Shown here one piece after another: positions 10,596 through 21,990 of a DNA stretch of 35,265 bases (its first letter is position 1; each line of letters starts with the position of its first letter). The stretch spans positions 41,465,752-41,501,016 of the forward strand of contig NC_057719.1 in NCBI RefSeq assembly GCF_004010195.1, read 5' to 3'. This DNA comes from Chiloscyllium plagiosum (Eukaryota). The notes under the pieces were generated by a model. The model was not told the origin of the DNA, did not search any database, and saw nothing but the letters and a program-made list of their open reading frames with translations. Made by a program: the position numbers and the translations under genes.

Positions 10596-13500
10596 CTAAT
10601 TTAAAATGGCTGGCCGATCTGCTTTCAAATAATTCAAAAAGGGCTGCCACGTCTTATAAAAATTGTCCATTTTCAGGTGCACTACCTTTGTAAGACAGTC
10701 CAAAGGAATGTGTTCCATAATTAACTTATGCCACCCCAACAGATCCAGCCGGTTCTCAGACCTCCAGCATATCAGAATGTTCTTCCTCACACAAAACCTG
10801 AGGATGCTAAAAAGCTTTTTCCCATGTACATCTAAAGGAGATAAATTCGGCAAACTGAGGAGAAGAGAAATCTGGTCCACCTTGACTTTGGTCCCCAAGA
10901 CCCTCTCTATTATTCTGCCACAGAGCTCCAGTATGCACGGAACCTGTGGCAGGACCATACACAATGAGTGAGGGTACCCGTGTTTATTTTACATTTGGAG
11001 CACGTTGAAGACACTCCCTGCTTAAATTTTGCAAGATGATCTGGGGCCAGATGAGCCCTATGAAGAATTTTTAACTGCATAGCATGCATCCTACTACATA
11101 TCGAAATCTTCTTCACACTCTCACAAATGTCCCCCCAAGTTTCCAGAGTGATCTCCACCCCTAACTCTCTCTCCCAGACCTCCCGGAATCGCTCGATATT
11201 GCCCAAGGAACCTCCCCTTGACAAACGATAGAGAGTCCTCACTGAAGGAGTGCTCTTAGCCTGAAGCACCCTCCTTTCCGTATCAGATTTGTAACACTCA
11301 GTAAGAGGCATAGTCTCTTTTCGGATAAAATCACTGATCTAAAAAAAACGGAAGTGGTCCCTATTCGATAATCCATACTTACGAGTTATTTGATCAAATG
11401 ACATTAACGTTTCATCTTCAAACACGTCACCCAAACAAAAGACTCCCCTATTCGCCCAGGACTTAAACCCGGGATCCATTGTCCCCGCCGGAAACCTGGC
11501 ATACCAACTATGGGAGTATGGAAAGACGTTTTAGACATATTACCCTCCATCTGTCTCATTGCCCTCCATGCTTTGACAGTGTTAATAACTATTGGATTGC
11601 GGCAATGTTCCGCAACTATCCTCATTGTGTCCAGAAACAACAGGTTAATAAGAGGACATTTTGCCTGGGAGGCCTCAATGTCCAACCATATCGACGCTGA
11701 GTCCTCACAGGCCCAATCACACTCAAAAGATCGAAGGGAGCTCAATTGATATTGTCTGACATCCGGGAGATCCACTCCTCCCAAACCCTGGGGCATTTGC
11801 AATATTGTAAGCTTGATAAAGGGCTGCTTATGGCGCCAAATAGAAGGACTAAACCAACCAGTTAATTTCCGAAACGTTTGTCTAGGAAAAAGCAAGGAAA
11901 GAACATTCATTTTAATAAGAGCAACTCGACCTAGCCATGATATTGGATGGGCCCGCATCTTAGAAGGTCTTGTTTAATTTTGTCAAACAAAATTAGCCTG
12001 AATAATTGATCAAAACTAGGGGGAACAGAGAGGCCAAACAAAGAAAGCCTCCCTTTGCTCACATAAAGGGGAACCCACCTTCAACGTCCGGTATTCCCCT
12101 AAGACTCCCTATAGGCATAGCCTCCGATTCTGGAAATTGATCTCCTAACCTAAGAAAAAGCCAAGTGAATGAATACATTGTATCAAACAGGGCACCAAAA
12201 CTGCCGGGTTCAAAAGAACAATGAGAACATCATCCGCATATAATGTGATCTTATGTACCTTTGACCCCACCCTTCGGGCAGATTTATCAGGGTCCCCACG
12301 AATGGCTTCTGCAGCGGCTCAGTCACCAATGTGAAAAGCAAAGGTGAGAGGGGCCAGCCTTGCCAACTGCTCCTATCAATGTTAAAATTATCAGACTTTA
12401 TACCATTAGTGAGAACCGCTGCCAGATGATCACTGTAAAGGACCCTTACCCATCCAGTACACACTTCACCCAGACCAAACCGCTCCAGAGTATAAAAAAT
12501 ATATGGCAATTCCACCCAGACAAATGCCCTCTCCACGTCCAAGAAAACCACCAACCCTTGAACTGAACGTTGCTGGCACACTTGAATCATGTTAAGCAGT
12601 CTCCTAGCATTATTAGAAGATCTGCGACCCTTTGTAAAGCCCATCTGATCCTCCTTAACAATAGAGGGCAATACCCTTTCCAATCTCAATGTCAGAGTCT
12701 TCGATAAAATTTTAAAATCAGAGTTTAAAGGCAAGATGGGTCTGTAAGAAGTTTAGTCTTCTGAGGCCTTCCCTATCTTGAGGATAAGAAAGCTATTAGC
12801 CTCTTTCAAGGATGGCTGGAGGCAATCCCGACTATATGAATAGTTATACATGTCTATCATCGGCCCTGACAGTATGTTTACAAATTCTTTATAAAACTCA
12901 CTGGGAAAGCCATCAGGGCCTGGTGCCTTACCATTTTGAAGTTGCCTCATTGCCTCCTGTATCTCTTGGGCTATTAACGGAGCATTAAGAAGAGACACCT
13001 GTTTAGCCAACACACCAGGAAGATCCAAATTCTCAAAAAAAGACTCCATTTTATCCCATCTGCCCTCAGACTGGTAAAGTTCAGAGTAAAACCTCCAAAA
13101 CGCCTCATTGATCTCTTTAACATCAAAAGTAAGAGTTCCATTCCCTTCCCTTTTGGAAGCAATAGACTGGGAGGCATCTTTCTTCCCGACCAAATATGCC
13201 AAGTATTTACCCAGCCTATCACCATGCTCAAAAGCCTCTGCTTCGCAAAGAAAAGTTTCTTCCTTGACTTATGCGTTAGCATGGAGTTTAAGGTAGATTG
13301 GAGAGCTGTGATCCACTGCAGCTTAGTCACCGACGCTCTACTGTAATATGTCGTCTCAGCTGCCTTCAGTCGTGTCTCGAGCAGACGCTGCTGCTCTCCC
13401 TTCTGTCATTTCTGACTGGCCGAGTATGAGATAATTATCTCTCTAGCATAGGCCTTAGCCATCTCCCAAGGAATGGACGGATTACTAGCTGTACCTGAGT

Positions 13501-14335
13501 TGATGGCCAAAAAAGCTTCAAATTCCCTCAAAGTATTCTACATACCTGCTGTCCTTGAGGATGAAGGGATCCATTCACCAGTACCGTGAGCCCATTGCAT
13601 CACCCTTAATCTTAACCATTAAATGCAACACTGCATGGTCAGAGTTGGCAATATTCCCAATCAAACAGGATACCACCAAATCTAAAAAATCCACGGGAGT
13701 TAGGAAATAATCAATACTTGTGTGGCATTTATGAGGATTGGAAAAGAACATAAAATCTCTGACCGTAGGGTGTAAACATCTCCAAACGTCAACAATCCCA
13801 GTTGTACACATAGATGACCCAAATGCTTGGATTATGAAGAAAGCTTTGCGGGGGGCCTTTAGGCATTCTGTCCAGCACAGGATTCATAAGGCAATTAAAT
13901 TCTCCCCCTCCCGCCCCATAATAATATGTAGGACACCAAGCCCATCAGCTTAGACAATGCATCAATCAGAAATTTAAGAGGATGGGCTGGAGGACAGTGG
14001 ACATTCAAAATACTATATCCCTGGTCATGTATAAGGGCCTTAAGAATAACAAACCGACCTTACTCATCTTTAACACAATGTATAAAATTAAATGGGAGAC
14101 CCTTCTGGAGGAGTATTGCCACTCCTCTGCTCCTCGTACTAAAAGACGAGAAAAACACTCGCTCAAACCCATCCTGCTGCAACTTCAACTATTCCTTGTC
14201 ATTAAGATGAGTCTCCTGCAACAGGGTAACATCCACCCTCTCCTTTCTAAGGCTCAACAACACCTTTTTTCTTTTAACTGGCGAATGAATCCCTCTGATA
14301 TTCCAGGTGCACCATTTAAGAATGCTGCTAACCAT
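10596..14335 (-). pseudogene. L1 ORF2 (APE endonuclease, reverse transcriptase, Cys-rich C-terminus), frameshifted
   Basis: MVSSILKWCTWNIRGIHSPVKRK start; DVWRCLHP...FFSNPHKCHTSIDYF...SDH (endonuclease); GKAPGPDGFPSEFYK, LNSDFKILSK, QGWPLSPLLF and ITLYADDVL (~12222-12250) (RT); CSKCKINTGTLTHCVWSC. Split over many ORFs in the track. Confidence 0.93.
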
Positions 14336-14784
14336 GATCCTTTGCAATCACCTTTGACCTGCCGAGGGGAACAGTTTTTCTTGCAACATGCTGAGCACAC
14401 TCAAAAGGAGACTCATAGAGCCTATTTACAAAAAACCAAAAAAAACTTAATTACAAAACACAAAAGGTATTTAGTGAGGGACTCTAACCCATGCCCATAG
14501 AGGGTGCTTACATTTCCCACACACACCTCCATCCCCCCTTCCAGCTCGAGCCGCACCCCAAACCCAAGCAATGGAAGAAACCAAACAAAGGACATTGTAA
14601 ACACAAACGTATAACAAAAGCAGTGAGCACTCTGCTCACCCCCCACAATATATCAATACCACTCCAGCTCAGAGAGAAAAAAAACCCACCAAAAACAGCT
14701 TCTTTGGGACAAGAGTGAAGTACAAGAAATCAAAGCAAGACAAAAAAAAAGACACTATTGTCCATGTCCATAAATACATCTACA

Positions 14785-15618
14785 TTATTTTAAAGTGTCT
14801 AGGAAGTTTTTGGCTTGTTCCAAGGAATCAAACGACCGCATAGTCTCCTCATAAGTAATACGAAGCACTGCTGGGTATCTTATCGAATATTGAATACTGA
14901 GGTCCTTTAGCCTTCTCTTACCTCATCAAACAATTTCCTCTTGTGGATCACTGCCACAGAAAAGTCCTGTAAAAACATTATCTCAGTGCCCTGATAGGTC
15001 AGTGCATGCAGATGTCTCCCCAACTTTCTCGAAGTTTCCATGACTCTCTGCTTGTCCTTGCAGCATTGAAACCGTATCAGAACCAGATGGGGATGCTGAC
15101 CCTGACCGGATCTGCGCACCGCAACCCAGTGAGCTCTGTCAACCTTCACCCGGTGCACCTCAGCATCCCAGCCAAGAAATTGTGGCAACCAGTCTTCAAA
15201 AAAGCTTGCTAGCTGCCTACTTTCTACTCCCTATGGCAGGCCAATTACACGGATACGTTTCCTCCTACCTCTATTTTCCAGGTTATCGAACCAGTTTCTC
15301 AAAGGCCTGGATATGCCCCGCCGAGGACTCGACCTCAGTCTCAACCTCTTCAACTCGCTTCCCGAGCCCTTTCAACTCCCTCTTGTGCTTTTACAGCATG
15401 GCTGAGATGGGCTCCAGTTGATTACGAGTCTCTTCCCTCATCTCCTGGATCAGCCTTAGGATTGCTCCGAGTTCCTCCACGATGTTCTGTTGCACAGGCA
15501 TTTCTTTCACAGCTGCAGGGGGAGCTGCACTGCTTCCCCTGTAGCAGTCTTGGGCTCGCCCTATGTTTTCGAGGGTCCCGAATGTTGAGACTTGGCCATT
15601 TGCTTCTCCTTAGTCATT
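14785..15618 (-). pseudogene. L1 ORF1 (coiled coil, RRM, CTD), disrupted
   Basis: ORF 14907-15188(-) VKVDRAHWV...HLVLIRFQCCKDKQRVM...YQGTEIMFLQDFS, followed by YSIRYPAVLRITY, matches L1 ORF1p; start and stop are approximate. Confidence 0.85.
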
Positions 15619-16001
15619 CTCGCACACTTGAGAAAGGATTTAAATGGTTGTATTAACAAATTCTTTCCAAAAAAAAGCAAAAGCGGTGGGGGGGGGGGTG
15701 AAAAAATATTACTATCATGGGTTGGGGTGCAGATCTCAGCAAGGCTGATCTATTCAGATCGCCGTCATCTTGCATTTCCCCCAAGTTGGTGATATCTGTT
15801 GAGCAATTATTTCTGGCCTTGCCAGTGTCTCTTGTGCATCTTGTATATGATTGCTACTCAGTCTGTGTTGAGAGTGAAATAACTCCACAGAGGCCAATAT
15901 CCAAGACACCCTTTAATTATACATGGAGAGTCCTTGGCACTGATCCAATCCCCTCAGAATGAGCACTCAGAGTGAGCAGGATGTCCGACACTCCTGTTTA
16001 T

Positions 16002-16679
16002 TATTTTTTCTTTTTTTTTTGTTTTTTCTTTTTTTTCTTACTCCTGCTCTTTTTTTATATTAAACCCCCGAACTACTGCCGAACTGCGGTAGTGCTTATT
16101 TTTTCCCAGCACCCATGGTGTGTGTGTGTGTGTAGGTGTGAGACACAGTGAGAGACACAAGGTGCACAAATCTTTATTCAATTTCCACCACCAGGAAGAT
16201 AGGAAACACCTGAGTGGCCAGTGACAGGCACTGCCCTTCACATCAAAGGGCAGTGCTGTGTGATCAAACAGTGAAGGGGAGGGTAGGGACTAAATCAAAA
16301 TAGAGTTGGAGGGGGAAATAATGCACTCCACTCCCTGCGGCGCCCACCTCTCCCTGGACAACTCCAGGGTGTTGATGGACACCGCATTCCCCTTCTCCAA
16401 GGACACCCAGGCCCTAACGTAACCACGGAAGAGGGGCAGGCAGTCAGCCCTAACCACCCCCTCCACAGCCCGCTGCCTGGACCTGTTGATGGCCAGTTTG
16501 GCCAGGCCCAGGAGCAGACCCACGAGGAGGTCTTCAGACCTGCCCTCCCTCCTCCGTACCGGGTGCCCAAAGATCAGGAGCGTGGGACTGAAGTGCAACC
16601 AAAAGCAGAGGAGGAGGTTTTTGAGAAAATCAAAAAGGGAGTGCAAACGCCCACATCCAATATACACGTGGTCCACGGA
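16002..16679 (-). mobile_element. 5'-truncated Tx1-clade non-LTR retrotransposon nested in the LTR
   Basis: Perfect 15-bp TSD GACACTCCTGTTTAT (15987-16001 and 16680-16694), A-rich tail, 3' UTR with hairpin, and an open ORF2 C-terminus. Confidence 0.9.
16290..16679 (-). pseudogene. Tx1-like ORF2 C-terminal fragment (open frame, truncated within the zinc knuckle)
   Basis: SVDHVYIGCGRLHSLFDFLKNLLLCFWLHFSPTLLIFG...DLLVGLLLGLAKLAINRSR matches the Tx1 'H....C.RL..LF..L...LL..AKLAI...R' pattern; stop at 16290-16292. Confidence 0.8.
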
Positions 16680-16796
16680 GACACTCCTGTTTATACCTGT
16701 CAGTCAGGGCTCCCTGATTGGACCAGACTAACAGCCCCGATCAGGGAACTCCCATGCTACGAAGCCCACCTGGCTGAGCCCTTTACAATTACTCAA

Positions 16797-17142
16797 TAGA
16801 CGTTTTCAAAATCATGAATAGCCTGAACAGGGTAGAAAAGTAGAAAATTATTTCCACTTGTAAAAGGATCAAGAATAAGAATACAGAGTTATAAAGTGAT
16901 TTGACAATTAAGCAAACACAATATGAAAAAAAATTCATATACAGTGAGTTGTAAGGGTCCAACATCATTGCCTGAATGTGTGGTCGAAATCAGTTTGATT
17001 GAGACCCTGAGAATTGGAGGATTATTTGAATAGAAAGAATACACAGGGTTATGGGATAAATGCAGAAGAATGGCACCGAGTCATAAAGCTGTTCCAAATA
17101 TGAAGGGCTGAATGGTCTTCTTCTGCTCTGTGAATCTTTGAT
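16797..17142 (+). mobile_element. Degenerate CR1 3' fragment
   Basis: IDVFKIMNSLNRVEK...LFPLVKGSR plus tail GGGCTGAATGGTCTTCTTCTGCTCTGTGAATCTTTGA. Confidence 0.75.
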
Positions 17143-17479
17143 TGCCTTTTCCACTTCCCAATGGTAAGTGAAGGAAGAGAAGGCTAGCTACTCGAAATTA
17201 CAAATGTATGATGCTCTCAAAAATATTTTTACCCCAGGCCAATGTCACTAAATTATTGAGCTATTGAATCTCTGAAGAACTATTTCAATTCTCATGGCAG
17301 TAGCATCAAGGGAAACGATGGTTTCTGAGCAAATGGTCAACTTGTGAGAGAGCATGCCTTGAGGGCAGCAATACATCGCTCATAATCGACCAACAGAATT
17401 TCTATAATTTATTGCTACAGCCTGTGGGACTCTTCCTTGTAATAATATAGATTCCACTCCTCCAGCTCCTTCTGTTTAA

Positions 17480-17600
17480 CAACATCTAGATTGGGTTGAT
17501 GTAATGAGAATGACATCTCAGCTTTAGGCTTACTGGCTCTTAAAATATATCCTTCGCTCTTGTGATCTGTTTTAATGATCTTAGTATGTAAGAGGCCGGC
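17480..17600 (-). mobile_element. Possible decayed Gypsy RNase H fragment
   Basis: IIKTDHKSEGYILRASKPKAEMSFSLHQPNLDVV resembles 'I.TDHKPL.YI.....P.AR..RW.L.LQ.F...V'; short and degenerate. Confidence 0.35.
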
Positions 17601-18066
17601 AATTTCCAAACAAATTCAAATAAAATAAATATGACTGTCTGAATTGTGATAGATGTCACAGTAATTGGAGAGAAGATTCTTGTCATCCATTACTTTGGGC
17701 CAGTACAAGGTATGATAGTCCAATGATTGTACAAAGACAAAGAAAATGGACTGTATTGTGCTCATCAGTCATGAGTGTATCAGGGAGGGATGTCTGAAGT
17801 GCTACATGAGAAGCTGCTAAATCTTTATTATTTCCTGAATTCAGCTCAGACTATATCTAAAGTATGCTCCAGTATCTCTTCCCAAGACATATTGGGCGAG
17901 GAGATTGAGGTGGGTGGAGTCGGATTGTTGGAGAAGAAAGAATAGAAGCTGCTGAAGTCTTTTAATTCTTAGCTTAAAAGTGACCAGTAATGTTAGCAAC
18001 ACAAGGGACAGAGCCGAAAAAGCATGAGGAATGGGCAGATACAAAGCCTCAATACTTTCTAATGCA

Positions 18067-18320
18067 TGCAACTTGGGGGTAAATGGTAAGGTTGGCAGCA
18101 AGTTGCCAGTACCAAGAACACCTGCACTATACCTGACACAAATGTCAATCCCCTTCTTGCCATCATCATAAGCAGCAGGCAGAGCATGATCACTCATGTT
18201 CATTTCTAGAATCCTTTTAGGCAGAATCTCCAGAGCAAAGGCAAACACAGGAGAAGGAGCGAGAGAGTGATAAATAACATGCTTGCAATCTGTGGAATTT
18301 CTTGCCCAGTGAAGCAGGTG
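18067..18320. repeat. Inverted repeat, left arm (~254 bp)
   Basis: Reverse complement of 18738-18990, with 2 substitutions and one 1-bp indel near the outer end by my reading. Confidence 0.95.
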
Positions 18321-18545
18321 TGGCACACATCCACCACCATTAGCCTACCATTGCATCTGACGGAGGCCCTGTTAGGTTTAGAAGGGAAGTGAAAATGAGC
18401 TGATGTTAGTGATCTTTACATGGTGCCGCACATATGAGCCGAATTCCAGAATATCCCACATTTTACTGGTGACTGAACTGATGAACGGAATTCACCAACA
18501 TGGGTGCTGTATGGGAGTTCCTGCTGCACACTGAGTTGTGACATT

Positions 18546-18771
18546 GAACATAAAAACATACGAAATAGGAGCAGGAGTAGGCCATCTGGCCCCTTGAACC
18601 TGCTCCACCATTTAATAAGATGATGGCTGATGTTTTCATGCAGTCAGCTCCATTAACCCTCCCGTTCACCATAACCTTTAATTCCTTTACTGTTCCAAAA
18701 TCTATCTTTGCCTTAAAAATATTTAATGAGGTAGCCTCACCTGCTTCACTGGGCAAGAAATTCCACAGATT
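18546..18771 (-). mobile_element. CR1 3' end (5'-truncated)
   Basis: GAACATAAAAACATACGAAATAGGAGCAGGAGTAGGCCATCTGGCCCCTTGAACCTGCTCC tail; minus-strand translation NLWNFLPSEAGEATSLNIFKAKID. Confidence 0.9.
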
Positions 18772-18990
18772 GCAAGCATGTTATTTATCACTCTCTCGCT
18801 CCTTCTCCTGTGTTTGCCTTTGCTCTGGAGATTCTGCCTAAAAGGATTCTAGAAATGAACATGAGTGATCATGCTCTGCCTGCTGCTTATGATGATGGCA
18901 AGAAGGGGATTGACATTTGTGTCAGGTATGGTGCAGGTGTTCTTGGTACTGGCAACATGCTGCCAACCTTACCATTTACCCCCAAGTGCA
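18738..18990. repeat. Inverted repeat, right arm
   Basis: Reverse complement of 18067-18320; its first ~34 bp are CR1 sequence. Confidence 0.95.
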
Positions 18991-19189
18991 CCCCTGTGTT
19001 CCAAGGTCTTCTTATATGATGTACAGATGAGCTTGGTCCACCTTTAGAGACCTATATCTGGCAGGCATTGTCCACCAATATCTTGTGTAAGAAAATAGGG
19101 TAAACAAGGAACCTTTCGGTAGTCACATTTGTGCCAAATGGTAAGGAAGAGATTTGGGTATGAGCCTGTATGAGGAAAGGTATTTAGAA

Positions 19190-19325
19190 TAAAAGCAAAT
19201 ACCATTGATGCTGGAAATTTGAAAGAAAAAAAAACAGAAAATGCTGGAGAAACTCAGCAGGCCTGGCCATATGTTGGAAAGGAAAGAGTTAATATTTTGA
19301 GTCTGATGTCATTCTTCTTCAGAAG
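19190..19325. mobile_element. Penelope-like terminal repeat remnant
   Basis: GATGCTGGAAATTTGAAA...ACAGAAAATGCTGGAGAAACTCAGCAGG...GAGTTAATATTTTGAGTC...TTCTTCAGAA; related segments at ~26765-26835 (same sense) and 27430-27562 (opposite sense). Family assignment is from recall. Confidence 0.6.
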
Positions 19326-20669
19326 GGAATCTTTGAAATTTTACATGGAAATAATTCTATCTAAGACAGCTGGATAGCAAAAGTGCAAATTCCCAATGTA
19401 CTCTTAAACCAGAGTGTAGTGTGTGGACTATTATATAAGTTTTGGTTTAAAAGGATTATAAGTGTAATAGTTTTAATAGCTGTGTACAGAGGATAAGTTT
19501 TCCTGATCCTGGTGAAGTAGAAGAATGACTTGGGCTGCTAACTGTTAGAGAGAGTTGGCATTCAATGTTGGCATTAGCTTCCTCCAGTCCTGAGTGATAT
19601 TCTTTGCAGATATTACTGGCTATTTACTATTAATGTATGATAAACAGAGTTTAAAACACTCTAAGTCTGTAGACCGTTCTTGTCCTAACTTTCTTTTTGA
19701 CCAATCTATTCTGAGAATCTCACTGGTTTAGGTGAGAGTGTGATGAAAGTGGCACCACCTCTTTCAGGGATTTTATTTTTCTAACCTGGAGAAAATTCAA
19801 ATTTGTTAGGAAGTAGGTAAACAACAAAAGCCTCATTTATAATATGCATTATATGTAACACGCATATATGTTATATTTTTGTATATATATGCATTCTCAT
19901 TCCATATTGAATTATTACTTCCATTAATAATAAGTCAAATATTTTGGCTACATATTAAAATGTAATCCTTATACATGATCGTGATTTTATTTTAGATATT
20001 AGCTTTATTTAAGAAGGAAAAAAAATTAATTTATATGTTCAAAATTTTAGAAATAAGGAACTTTATCAAGAGTCTGCAATTTTCATTGATAACATTGTTT
20101 AATGCTCAGAGTCCGTCTGTATCTTGTATTGCAGCTGGCTTTTTGAAGTGAGAGTCTGTGTGGGGGGTGTTCCTCAGGCTTTATTTAGCAAACAGTATTC
20201 TGTAATTATAGTTCTGGGAATCATAGTTCATTGGTTTTATTAATGTTTACCTTTGGTTAACTTCCATTTTGGGAATAAGACAGCTGTTTTTATATACACT
20301 TTGAATACCTAAAGGGTTTCAGTGCCAATTATTTTTGTCAAAATGTCTTCATTGCTATCTTGTTCCAAATGTCAAGAAGTGCGTTTATCAAGCATTATTT
20401 GCTGTTTTTGTAAATTGCTGTTTTGCAATAAAGTAGAGATTAGGTTGAAACTTATATTGCCTTATTTACTTATTTGGCTAGGTCCAAGTTGTATTGAGTG
20501 TGTGGAGGCATTTCTATCATTGGATTTCTCAAGATATCTTTCCAAGCTGCCTCATTAACAACCTACCTCACCTGTATGGCTCCTGTCATATTCCATCTTA
20601 TCACATGCCATTCCGAGAGCAATTTGTCACTCTGTTGATAGCCATCAAAAAGCACAGAATCCCTTGTGG

Positions 20670-21990
20670 CCTAGCCATCTTTAAAAGGCCCCTGTGCACC
20701 CAAACAAGCATTGGCATTACAAAGCTGCCCTGATCAGTCAAGGCTATTTCCAGAAGACATTGGAGAAAGGGAAGATGATATCATGATTCTCCAACAGGGA
20801 ACTGTTGGTCCTGGTTGAGCAAGTAGTGCAAAGGAAAGGACCAGCAGAGGAGGCCACCCACCAGACCTCGCAGCTCAGTCCAAGGTCACCAACCAGGCCA
20901 GCACTGCCACTTCTTCGCTACACCAGGATAAGTGCCACAACCTTCTTTCTGTCACCTCATATTTAGTCTTTCTTTATTGCTTTATCCATCATGCATCAAT
21001 GCTGTCACTCTCACTATTGCCTACAACATCTTCCCTCAGTTGCTGTCACCCACTCTAACGATCCACACCAGTTATCCTTCATGCCCTCTGCGCTTCCTAC
21101 TCTCTCCCTCAGAAACATCACCACCTTTCCACTATCTGCACCAGCTGCTGTGCCACACACCCATCTTCACCTCACTCAATTCCTCCCTTTCTCTCATTAC
21201 AGGAGAAGACAGACCGTAACAGTGAGGGGCCTGTACTGTTGTCTACATTAAGTTACTCATCCTACATGAGAGACCACTCTGTGGGGGGTGCTGAAAACTC
21301 CATGTCCCACCAACCTGTGTAGTAACCACTCTTCACTCCATGGTAATTCTCACATTAACTCAGCAGGAAGAATGCTCCCTTACACACCACCTCCACCAAT
21401 TGGCTATACTGCCTTGACTGTCTTATATCTGGCAGGTACTACTAGCATGTCTACCACCTCCTCGATCAAACATCCAGCTCCCCCAGAAGTTAGTTCCTCA
21501 ACCTTTGCGGGCAAAAGTACCGAGGCCTCAGGGAAAGCACCAGCAAGGCTGCATCCTGCACGTTCCATCAGCTTAGGTACTGATACCTTGGTGGGAACGT
21601 CAGCTTCGGAAATTGTGGAAGCACAGTCTGTGAGCACTTCACTGTAATTGTTCCGCAGCTAGCTGAGGAGGAAATGCTCCAGGCTGCTGGCATTTGGAGG
21701 ACTACCTGAGACCAGGTCTCTACTCAGGCATGGTCAGGAAACAACTGCCTGAGACCAGGCCCCTACTCAGGCCCAGTCAGAACATGACTGCCTGAGACCA
21801 GGTCCCTGCCATGCCCAGTCAGGAAACAACTGCCAGAGACCAGGCCCCTGCTCATGCCCAGTCAGAAAATGACTGCCTGAGACCAGGCCCCTGCTCAGGT
21901 TCAGTCAGGAGAGGATCCATTTTGTTAACAAACAGAGACTTGATCCAAATGCACAGAGAAGAACAGGAGCAGCACACAAGTATGTGGGAA
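20670..21990 (+). pseudogene. Decayed Harbinger-type Myb/SANT gene, copy B (multi-exon remnant)
   Basis: FSNRELLVLVEQVVQRK N-terminal helix; mutated donor AGG|ATAAGTGCCACAACCTT (~20927); C/T/A-rich intron; acceptor CTCTCATTACAG|GAGAAG (21202/21203, EKTDRN); S/T/P-rich downstream segment in ORF 21288-21647. Confidence 0.55.
21701..21914. repeat. Minisatellite, 5 x 42-43 bp
   Basis: Units start at 21701, 21744, 21787, 21829 and 21872; consensus ACTGCCTGAGACCAGGYCCCTRCTCAKGCCCAGTCAG plus 6 nt. Confidence 0.95.

Larger units (their letters stand above)
10285..15782 (-). mobile_element. Full-length, inactivated L1-clade LINE (~5.5 kb)
   Basis: 5' end GGGGGAAATGCAAGATGACGGCG, then ORF1, a ~450-bp spacer, ORF2 (EN-RT-Cys), a T-rich 3' UTR and a short A tail. 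TSD AAGTTGTTGTTATCT (10270-10284) vs AAGTTGGTGATATCT (15783-15797), 13/15 identical. Confidence 0.95.
15875..16795 (-). mobile_element. Solo LTR (~228 bp once the nested insert is removed), probably Gypsy type
   Basis: TG...CA termini; on the minus strand, in order: CCAAT (16717-16721, within an inverted pair 16711-16721/16737-16747), TATAAA (16690-16695) and ATTAAA (15912-15917). Flanks AGAG/ATAG are only a weak 4-bp TSD. No PBS or internal sequence seen. Confidence 0.7.

Noticed and set aside
18067..18990. MITE or foldback transposon with long TIRs
   Set aside because: No TSD is visible, and the arms include part of a CR1 junction, which fits a local templated duplication better.
17841..19019. 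Paralogous ORF pair sharing FAFALEILPKRILEMNMSDHALPAAYDDGKKG
   Set aside because: The identity follows from the inverted DNA duplication; there is no recognisable domain or splice structure.
21701..21914. CRISPR-like array (regular repeats with a hairpin)
   Set aside because: The units are contiguous with no unique spacers, there are no cas genes and the context is eukaryotic; it is a minisatellite.
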